DNA from: Eledone cirrhosa
Lineage: Eukaryota
Assembly: GCA_964016885.1 (NCBI GenBank)
Contig: OZ024743.1
Location: 107,756,001-107,820,000 of the forward strand
Length of the DNA stretch: 64,000 nucleotides
Direction of reading: 5' to 3'
The notes under the pieces are model-generated. The model saw only the letters and a list, made by a program, of their open reading frames with translations. It ran no database searches and was not told the origin of the DNA. Positions 53,695-64,000 of the stretch are shown in pieces (within the stretch, counting starts at the first letter, position 1; each line of letters begins with the position of its first letter). Both the position numbers and the translations under genes were made by a program.

Positions 53695-53998
53695 GTCGTC
53701 TTTCGTTTCATGTGGCTTTCCTTCTTTCTTAATTACTGATTTCTGACAAGATGTTGTTTAAATTTCTCATGTTTATTAAGTTTCCGTAAATGGCACTGAA
53801 ATGATAGAAACTAAACAACACTGTAGTTTAATATTTAATTATATTTACCAATGTTCATTGTCAGGTCAAATTTCATAAATGTGGCCATTTTGAAATGTAT
53901 ATCCACCCAGTATCGATGAAGTTACCTTACCAGACATATTGGGCTGTACATTTCTCACAGGATTTGACATAGTCGGAAAACACATCATCAATAATCTA

Positions 53999-54067
<69 letters not shown>

Positions 54068-54581
54068 GAAAGGTATAGAAAACATTGTCGCAAGAAGCCA
54101 ACAGTATTCCATAATATATAAGTGACTATAGCGTCAAAATGGGAAAAATAGTTAACGTAAGATGTGGGAAAAATAATTCAAACTCATCTCAAAGAGAATT
54201 AGGATATAGATTCATCCACAGAATTTAGTGAAATCCAGGGAAAAATCAATAGAGCCTTAACTCATGATAAAATAAAGTTTAAAATACTCATCCATCAATT
54301 TCGAAAAACTTCAAATGCTCTTAAAGACTATTTCACGAAAACATTCAGTTGAGATGGTCAGGGTTGGAATTCGATCCTCAGAAGAGCTCAACTCGATAAC
54401 CAGGATTCTCACAGATTAATATGCCAAAAAGGGAATTTAAAACAGGCTAGTTCACCATCCTGCGTGATTATGAAAAATAAAACGCACATGAGGAAAGACA
54501 GGGCTGGTGACGTCAGAATGAGACGAATGTTGGTTTACAAGAAACGAAACAACAGTCAAAAAACATTCCGAAAAAAAACTC

Positions 54582-54621
<40 letters not shown>

Positions 54622-54630
54622 GACACACAA

Positions 54631-54698
<68 letters not shown>

Positions 54699-55110
54699 GT
54701 TATCATATACATAAAATTAAATTAAAGATATATATATGTTGCAACTGTTCACTTTTAAGCTCAATGAAGAATTAATAAATTAAAATCAAAAGATCAGAGC
54801 ATTATATTATAAATTATGTCTATAGAATCAATCAGATATTAAAATATATACTATTTCTTCTTCTAATCAGCATAATTAACCATATACAAAATCAAATCTA
54901 GCAAGCTTTAACAATAAATTTTCTTACGGGGAAATCTCTGACAAGCAATTGATCGTAGCCTCTTCGCGGCGGCTCCGTTCCACTATTTATCAAACATTTC
55001 GGCAGCATGCAGAATCCGATCAAACATACTATCAACCACACATAATTAGTAGTAAAATTAAACTTAGAAGAAATGCGCACATACCGTAATTGAGATATAA
55101 TCTTCTAAGT

Positions 55111-55245
55111 CCAGAATTAGCCGTCGAAACGGCTTGAGCTCAGCTGTCGGGGTCTTACTGGTTCCTATTACCCACTCTACTACCTCAAGTATTGAGTACT
55201 TTGGTGCGTTATGGTCCACCTGGTTCCTTACCACATTTCCTTCGT
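55111..55245 (+). mobile_element. Family A monomer
   Basis: CCAGAATTAGCCGTCGAAACGGC...TTCCTTCGTT(AT)n; nearly identical to the long arm at 42004. Confidence 0.85.
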
Positions 55246-55262
55246 TATATATATATATATAT

Positions 55263-55351
<89 letters not shown>

Positions 55352-55354
<3 letters not shown>

Positions 55355-55470
55355 CGTGTGGCTGATGGTTAGAGAACAGGATTCGCAATCGTGAGGTTGT
55401 CAGTTTGATTCCTGGACCGGGCGATGCGTTTTGTCACTGAGCAAGACACTTTATTTCACGTTACTCCTTC
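55352..55470 (+). mobile_element. Second tRNA-derived SINE family, 5' part
   Basis: GTGGCTGATGGTTAG (A-box-like), AGTTTGATTCCT (B-box-like), TGAGCAAGACACTTTAT core. Confidence 0.65.
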
Positions 55471-55535
55471 TACATGGAGTTGCGACCGAAAGCAATTGGA
55501 AAGACCAACGAAAGTCGGTCGACAAATTTATATAC

Positions 55536-55571
<36 letters not shown>

Positions 55572-55749
55572 CACACTAACTTTTTCAACCACATGGATGC
55601 CAAGTAAGTTTCATTTTTTACTCCACATTTTACTGCTTCTGACACAAAATCTATTCTGCTTTGGCAAACATGACCGCATTCTTTATGCACAAAATCTTGA
55701 ACATTACTGTATTCTTTCGACTTTGACTTACATTATTTAGAGGCGCAAT

Positions 55750-57530
55750 CCTTGCGTTTACATGGTTTCTGAATAATTTCGACATGATGTCACTTATTGC
55801 GGTTCACGGCTCATTCCTCAAATTCGGATATCTGTTAGGAAATACGTTTGATATTATCTTTCAGATCATCCTTGTGTGTATGACGGGGTTTACCTGCGTT
55901 ACACTCCGCCTGCCTTATGTTAGCCATAAGTGAGAATTTTTGACAGTCTTTCCTCATTCATGCTAACAATATTGGCACCCAATCTTAATTGCTACTGCTT
56001 CTAGTAGGCCTGTACAGTTTATATATATGTAAAACAACTATTCATTTTAGCCTTTTTTTCTTCCATGTAAAACCACAGATATTTATAAGATATCTCTTGT
56101 GGTGAGTTTCGAGCTGTGTGATATGTCTTCTTGAAGCTGGCTACGATTCGGATACATACAGCAATGTTGAAACAACAACTGCGCGGTAACTTGCTTTCCA
56201 AATCCATCACTTACCTTGGAGCTTCTATTTACATTTGCTTCGACTAAGGGGTACTAGACTTGATTTTGCTTCCTAAGTATGGGAATGACTTCACATACTT
56301 TAAAAGCTTGCTGTCTACCAGGACTCGAATTGATGGTACACTGCAATGAATCTTCGGTAATGTTATACTTCTCATTTGAATGGGTGTAATTTTCACATTT
56401 ATTTTTAGGCGCTTTTGCGACAAAGGAAAACCAGCTTGAAACTTTATGGAAAAAATAGCTACTAATGTGTCATTATCTCCTAAAAACAAGTCTAAAATCA
56501 GTTTCGTGGTATGAAGGATCTTCGATTTTTAATATGTAGTGATTAAAGGTCCCAGTTGATGTTTTAAATTCAAACAAAATACTATTATTATAATCCTTGA
56601 TACTGACAATCCACCACCACAAGGGTGGTGGATTGGCAGTATCGGTAGCGGGTCGGACGCCATGCTTTGATGCATAGAGTTACGGCCCTTTCCAATCTGA
56701 GTTCAAATCCCGCCGAGGTTAACTTCGCCTTTCATCCTTACGGGGTCGATAAAATAAAATACCAGTAATGCACTGGGTAATTTGCTGGCCTTGTGCCAAA
56801 AGTAGAAACAATTAATATAATCCTTGAAGGCTTACTCTATAATCAGCGAAAAGAAAATAAGAAACAAAACAGCAACCATAGCTCATCTCTCCTTCATCCC
56901 TTTCATTAAACGGAAAAGATCTGTTCAACTAGTGTCTGTTGAACTAGTATCATGTTTTCATGGAATAGTATTATGAGATTGTGCATCTTATTAGGAATCC
57001 CAATCTGTCTAAGAACTGACCACAAAGCCAGAGCATCGACGGGGTCAAACACCTTTGCTAAGTCAACAAATATTATACATAGTTCACTGTTCTTCCATAA
57101 CTTCTCAGCAGCCATATATCATCTCTATGTTGACTCTCTCAGACCTGAGGCCACATTGGTCTTCAGGATGTATACTATTTTCAGGTGCGTCATTAATTTG
57201 TTGAGAATAACTCGAACAAACATCTTGTCCGTCACAGAGAGCAATGATATACACCGATGATTATCACCCAATTCTTGTTTTCACTTTCTTTAACGATTTC
57301 GGTAAAAGAAGAGCCTTTAAATTCCTGAGGAGCCTGGGGATATTTCCAAATGAAAATGAACAAATCGAAGAGCACACTCAAAAGTAGGTTGCCTCTATAT
57401 TGCTTCACCTCAGCTGGCATAACATTTCAACCAGGCATTTTACCTGAAACAATTTGCTTCATAGCTGTTTTGACATATATCGGGTCAAAGGTCAAACAAC
57501 TCTTACAGGATTTCCGGCCTTTAAAATATT
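55750..57530 (-). mobile_element. Decayed RTE-clade LINE fragment interrupted by a SINE
   Basis: IIFVDLAKVFDPVD..ALWSVLRQIGIP and LKYVKSFPYLGSKI in minus-strand ORFs. Confidence 0.7.
56601..56815 (+). mobile_element. tRNA-derived SINE with 5' fold-back and 12-bp TSD
   Basis: TSD TATAATCCTTGA at 56589-56600 and 56816-56827; 5' end carries an inverted copy of its own first ~20 nt. Confidence 0.9.
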
Positions 57531-57925
57531 GAGTCAATTATATATATGTATACACACACACACACACGCACACACACGCACACACACACACACACACACA
57601 TCCACACACACACACACACACACACAAACATCCACACACACATATATATATATAAGAATATTTAGACATATTAACACCAACTTATAAGGCAAAACAATTT
57701 TTTTTTGTTTTCTGATATTTGATGGTTTCTTAGTCTAATTTCTGGTTTGACCTTTACGTCTGAAACTATTTCTGGTGTACCTAATTTACAGGCACCCCAG
57801 GTAGCAAGCATCTGTGCTCTTTGCTCCGCCGCTGTCGAGTATGCAAATAAATGTAAACAAGGAAAAAATTACAGCCCTAAGGGCAGTTGTATGTCACTCT
57901 ATATATGTGTGTGTGCTTACCCACT

Positions 57926-58179
<254 letters not shown>

Positions 58180-58534
58180 TTATACAGACAGAACACACAC
58201 ACCTATATATATATGTGTGTGTGTGTGTGCGTGTGCGTATATATATATACATATATTTATACAAATGTATGAATGTATGTATGTAAGTAATTATTATGAA
58301 TGTGTGTCTGTATGAATTTCAGTGAATATTAAAATAAGAAAATATATAAAATTTATCCCGTTGAAATCAATATCGGTACACTTAACAGAGAGAGTCAGTT
58401 TAAACTCAACCTTTACACGCTACATAGAAATTCTTGACTCAAATCTTATAGGTTACTTCTAAATTGCTGGATCAACCCTTACAGGTTACTTCTAAATTCC
58501 TGCCGCAAATTAAATTCCTATACCAAATATTAAA

Positions 58535-58825
58535 CGTGTTCGGCTCACAATCGTAACGTTATTAGTTCGATTCTTGGTGACGCGTATTGTCCCCTTACAG
58601 AATATATTTCTTCAAGTTGTTCCAGTCCATTCAACTGAAACAAAAATAACACTGAGTTGTGTCGATAATTAAATGAGCTAGCTTTGTCATATATTGTATC
58701 AAACTGAATCTGCCGACTAGCGCGTTAATTGTAAATGAATCTGACGAATCGTCAACCACTATCACATTAAATATACGAGCAATCTTTTTCATCGATCGAA
58801 CAAATGGAACATTAGTAATCGGAAC
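58535..58825 (+). mobile_element. Old degenerate SINE related to 55352
   Basis: CACAATCGTAACG..AGTTCGATTC..GACGCG..TCCAGTCCATTCAACTG similarity by eye. Confidence 0.4.
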
Positions 58826-59499
58826 TGATGTATGTCCCTCTCTACCAGAAATGTGTTTTGTTCTTGGTCAAAATAATTTTCTTCAGAGCTTACCGTAACA
58901 TTATGTTTACTTCTTGTAGCTTAGTTGAACACATCGATATAACCCGGTATTGAGCCTGGGGACTGATGGGTGTTTGTTGAACTGAAGTACCAACCTTTTT
59001 TAAAGTGACATAATATGCATTGACACAGATATGGTGGAGTGGTTAATAAGTTTAATTCGCTATACAATAATAAGGTCTTGAGTTCGTTACCACAACTTTG
59101 CATCTGAGCCGATTGTCTTTATAATAGACCAGAGTGAACCAACATTTCTGAGTGCAAAAGGATAGTTGGAAACTGTGTGAAATAACGGTGGAAGGACTGT
59201 ATCTGTAATTAAAATTCTTGAGTTGGATGTTCAGTGTACCAAATCATCGAGTGTTCTCCGTCGCTATTGACGGAAGATCAATTATCATATCACATTACAT
59301 TTTCAAATGAGTCAATGGATTAGCATTTACAATGTAGCTAGAACTGCTAGATCAGTAGCTAGATCACACTCAACATATACCATACCATTTTTGAAATATT
59401 TAAACCACAGTACCGTGGTTGTTGTTGTTGCTGTTGTTGTTGTTGCTGTTGTCGTTGTCCTCCTCCTCCTCCTCCTCCTCCTCCTCCTCCTCCTCCTTA

Positions 59500-59790
59500 T
59501 TCTTCTTCTTCTTCTTCTTCTTCTTCTTCTTCTTCTTCTTCTTCTTCTTCTTCTCCTTCGTTCACTTATTCATGAGAGGTCCGTGGGGGCAGAGACCTCA
59601 AGCATTCGTTCCAGCGGGTCCTGTCAGAAGCAACCATCTGCAAATGATCTCCTGGATTCCGAAGCGATGCCTGCGAATCTCATGGATGTTATCCAACCAT
59701 CCTGCTCGGCGCCTACCCCTGGGTTTCCAGCCAGTTGGTTTCGGAGATGATTGGTTCAAGATCCCCGTCCATAATGGTACCACCACCTAT
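59500..59790 (-). mobile_element. RTE-type LINE 3' end with (GAA)n tail
   Basis: KPTGWKPRGRRRAGWLDNI...DRTRW on the minus strand, followed by a trinucleotide tail. Confidence 0.55.
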
Positions 59791-60008
59791 ACATCAGTGT
59801 ATCATTTATGTTAGGCTGTTTACCAGTGAGTAGAACTGGTGGTCCTTGTTGGTAAACGATGATGCAACAAATTAACTAAAGCACTCAATGTTTTGCAAGT
59901 CGTCCATCATTGATGGGGTATCAAGTGGCTGGTACAGGATAGGAAAAATTACTTTAGAATTAACATTCTAAAATACATTTTCCAGTCCGGCCTTCTGTTA
60001 TTGTATTA

Positions 60009-60092
60009 ATTGTTTCTACTTTTGGCACAAGGCCAGCAATTACCCAGTACATTACTGGTACTTTATTTTATCGACCCCGTAAGGATGAAAGA
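60009..60092 (-). mobile_element. SINE 3' half abutting the LINE tail
   Basis: Matches 921-1002 nearly exactly. Confidence 0.85.
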
Positions 60093-60099
60093 TGGAAGA

Positions 60100-63000
60100 T
60101 ATATATATATATAGATAGATAGATACATAGATACATAGATAGATAGATATATTTCTTTATTAGCCACAAGTGCGCACAAGAAAAGGGGACAATACAAAGA
60201 CATACCGGGGATTTTACATACAGTCGTGTAAAAAATATAAAACCAAACAATTACAACAATCGAAATCACCAATAGGAGGGAGGCGCCACAAATTGGTTGT
60301 TTAATATCCCGTCGATAGAACAACCCTCAACTCTAGGAGCGTGTTGTGCAAGTGCTCCTTTCTTCCTTTTGCTCTCTTCTTCAACCTACAGGCTTATAAA
60401 CAGAGAAGGCCCAAACACTCGGGCCATTTTCGCTTCATTCACCCACCTTTCAGTAAATTTATTGGGGTGCACTGCCTCTCTCTCCACTCTGATTCTCCTT
60501 CTGAAGTGATACTTAAAGAAGGGAATCAATTGTTGTCCGGAGAGAAAGGCATATAACTTCTTTCACCATAACCATCGTACGGAGGAAAACGGCCTCTCTT
60601 TCATTTCTGAAAGAGGCTGGCGGTTTGATCCTTACTGTTTGCGCATCATCAGCCACGGCATTCTCAGCCCTCCGTTGGAAGGGTGTTGACAGCAGACGGA
60701 TCTCCTCACCAGCGGAGCCTGTTTCTTCCACATAAACTGGAAGAGCATGCGTTCCATCTTGGCGAGGTGTTCACGGAGACAAGGCACGACAGTCAAGCGG
60801 TAGTAGATAACGGACGCTATGAAATTGTTCGCCACCTCCACTCGAGCTTTCAAGGACAGTTTGCAGCCTGCCCACTTCTGGGTGAGTGCAAACACGTTGG
60901 CCGTGACCTCGTTCCAGTTTTTCTCCACCTGGAAGTCTGGACCGAACCAGACCCCGAGCAATTTCACCCGTCCGCCCGTCCAGCGTCCAACGACGCTGTC
61001 GAACGTCATCGGTTTGCCTCTCCACGTACCGAGTTGCAAACCGACAGACTTGTCCTGGTTTAGTTTTGCTCCGTCAGCGTTTCGTATTCTTTCAGTAAGT
61101 TTCCGATCACCCCGATTTCCGAGGTGCTCGACACCATTACCGTCACGTCATCGGCATAAGCCGACGCCGCTTTGCGCAGTCCCGGTTCTAGAGGGATGCC
61201 CTGTAGCAGCTCCAATTTCAGCAGTAGTAGCTCTAGAGTCAATACATAGAGAATGGAGGAGAGAGGGCACCCTTGTCGAATGGAACGCGTGATTGAGAAC
61301 GGCTCCGATAAGTAGCCGTTTACCTTGACCCTCGAGCAGATGCTGGTGTGCATCGCCTCGATCCAGCCTCTGAAAACGGGACCGAAACCGGCCGCCTTGA
61401 GAACCGCTTCCAAGTATCGATGGTCGACCCTATCGAAATGCCTTAGACTGATCCAAATTGATCAGAGCCCCACCGAAGCCGGGTTTACTACTCACCCTCT
61501 CTATGATGTATCGCATGAGGTGGAGGTTGTCGTGTATGAACCTGGTCGGGATTGCACACGTTTGCGCTTTCACTACCAGGTTCTCGACGACAAGCGCCAA
61601 CCTCGTCGCTAGCACCTTGGCCAAAATCTTTAACTCTGTGTTGAGCAGTGTTATGAGCCTGAAGTTGTTAATTTCGTCGCCCTTGTTCTCGTCTTTCCCG
61701 AACAGCGTTACTACGCCCTTGCCTGCAGAACTGGGAATTCTCCCGTTCTGCTGCCAATTGCAGTAGACGGCTTCTAGGACGCCAGAAAACAAGTCCGGCA
61801 TGCCTATGTAAAACTCATAGGGTAGACCATCTAGACCGGGTGACTTGCGTTTCCCGCAGCGGCCCAGAGCGTCCCTTATCTCAGTGTCCGTGATCGGTCT
61901 TTCGCAGAACTCGGCGTCCGTGTTCGAGAGACGCGACAGGCCGTCGAGGTATGAACTAAAGTCCATTGCCCCGTTCGGCTCACCGTTGTTCTGCTCAAAC
62001 AGCCCCGCAAAGTGCTGCTGAAAGGCCGCGCACATTTGCTTGAGGTCAAGTAGCACGCGTCCGTTTTGGTCTTTCAAAGACCGAATCGTGGACTTGTTGC
62101 CACTTTTCGCCTCCGCCACTTGGGCCCTGCTGACAGCTTTCGCTCCTTCGTTTTCTAGAGCACTTGTTTTGGTTCTGACCACGCAGCCTTCGTGTTTCGC
62201 ATCGAAGAACTGGTCCAGTGCCGTTCTCGACGCTAACACTCTAGCCGCGTTGCCACTTCTAAGTTCCTCCTCTACCTTGGCTACTAGTTCTCTTTCTATT
62301 TTGTTTTTCTCTAAGGCTAACTCTCTGCTAAAACCTATCGATTCTATTCTAATTGCTTTCTTGAGAGAGTACCACCAGTTATTGTTGACGATCTCTCCCG
62401 TTAACTGTTGCTTGACTAGTCTACTTATCCGTTCACTGTAAGCTTTACCTGCCGGCAACGACACGTTCAGCTTCCAGTGTCCGGGACCTTGTCTATGTAT
62501 TCTATCACGGTTGACTAAGCAGACGACTAATTTGTGATCTGAATAGGCAACCATGTGCATTGATGGACAGCTTAACATCTCCTTGTCCCTTTCTCTAATG
62601 AAGAACCAATCTAAATACGATCTAGATGTCCCGTTGCGGTTTACCCACGTCCACTGTGGTGCAGTCAGAAAATCCAGTCGATACCTATCGGCCATTTGGA
62701 ATTGGCCGATTAAAGTTTTGAGGCCGTTTCACCCACCTCTAATGGGACATGCTCCCACATAGTCCCATCTTGCATCTAGGATACCATTCCAGTGCCCCAC
62801 TAAAAGTAAGGAGCGAGACGTTCCCAGAAAAGACTCTAGACGCTTAAAGAAGTCTGGCCGTGATTGCGATTGCCCGGTCGGGGCATAAACGTCCACCAGT
62901 CTGAAGGCTCCACCTCCATTACTTTTCACGTCTAGGACTACCAGTCCAAGTGTACTTGCTGTACTTCGACGTCCAGGTTCTTCCGAAACATGACAGCCAT

Positions 63001-64000
63001 TCCTGGCTGACAGAGAGATGCGTAGATCTCGAAGTCGTCGAAGATGGGGGTTAGTTGCTGCCTTTTGTGGATCCTGGACTCGGTGATGGCTATCACATCC
63101 ATACCGTGTGACCTAAGGTCGTTTAAAAGTTGGCCCTGTTTCCAGATCATCCCTAGGCCACGCATATTAACGCTTCCAACTCGTAACCTAGAAATGTTGG
63201 TGAAGAAGAGTTGGAGAAAAAGGACGAAAGGTGCACTTACCTTTTCTTTTCTTGGAGATCGGGTTGTTCAATCTGGGTGCTGGATGGGGTGTTGGGCAGC
63301 GTGGAGAAATATTTTAACAGGACGCGGTTGATGGGTTTCTGGCAGGGGTTTCCCACGTCCTGTGAAAATTTATTTTTCAGGTCAGTATAGGTTTCCATAG
63401 AAACCCTTATACGTTTAAGGTGCGGAGACTATTCTGGCCGTCTCCACCTTGGGATTTTGGGAGATGACCTCCATCAAACTCTTGTTGTGCTGTTTTTGTT
63501 GTGTTGTTTTAGTTTGTTGTTCGTCCGGGAGTTTTCTTTTGATAGTGGGTGCTTGTGTTTGGGGTGGTGTTGGTGTTGGTTTTGCTGGTAGGGGGATGTT
63601 TGACTGTGGTGTTGTTTGTGTCTGTAGTTGTGTGTTGGTGTTGGTGATTGGAGTTTTGGGGGTTTTGTGGTGTCTCTTTTTTTTGTTTTTTAGATTTCCG
63701 CGGCTCTCCCTCTTCTTCACTTAAAGAAGGAGAAGCAGCTTCATCCGTCGATGAATAATCATCGTCAGGGGTATGCTGTGTGGTGGTGGTGTTTCGGTGT
63801 GTGTGTTTGTGGTAGTATTTGATGGAGTGGGATGGGGTGGGGCTGTGTTCTTCAGGGGTGTTGTCTCTGTTTTTTCTCTTGTTGTTGGTTGAGTGGCTGT
63901 TTGTTTTGGTGTCGTTGCTCGTTTCGTCTGTCGTTGTGCTTGTGGTGGTGGTGGTTGTTTTGGTGTTGGTGTTGGTAATAGTGTTTTTTTAATGATGTTG
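60100..64000 (-). mobile_element. Tx1/L1-clade LINE (ORF1 C-terminus plus APE-RT ORF2), frameshifted, runs off the window
   Basis: SVNMRGL..DVIAITES, VYAP, YSDHK, GPGHWKLN, KSPGLDGLPYEFY, NLDQSKAF, RQGCPLS, YADDV; internal deletion at ~60632; (TCTA)n tail. Confidence 0.95.

Noticed and set aside
54500-54560. Hammerhead-like CUGGUGA-CGUC..GACG and GAAACAACAGUC
   Set aside because: Core and stems cannot be assembled into one consistent fold.

Overview
AT-rich eukaryotic DNA saturated with microsatellites and repeats. The tRNA-derived SINE family, (TA)n density and LINE content resemble an octopod cephalopod genome (inference from recalled repeat consensus, not a database result). I cannot support any host protein-coding gene; most track ORFs are translations of (TA)n, (CA)n or (GA)n. 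The real content is decayed mobile DNA: a CRE-clade non-LTR retrotransposon with a PHD finger, six Penelope-like element (PLE) coding copies of several families, two Tx1/L1-clade LINEs, RTE fragments, about ten SINEs, a Lep1-type Helitron, a DD41D-type mariner relic and a tRNA-Phe pseudogene. The most striking unexplained layer is non-coding. At least six sequence-unrelated families of type-I hammerhead ribozyme (HHR) motifs occur in PLE pseudo-LTRs and in short ORF-less inserts within (TA)n tracts. Many of these inserts are fold-back palindromes whose centre or truncation point lies in or just upstream of the hammerhead. One ~135-bp family (8 loci) keeps only the 3' half of a hammerhead and is mirrored at the predicted stem-II loop. 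A ~500-bp palindrome carries a U3:A8 compensatory-core hammerhead in both arms. A 3.76x tandem of a 616-bp unit looks like a rolling-circle (retrozyme-like) insertion. All structures were paired by eye and no ribozyme activity is demonstrated.
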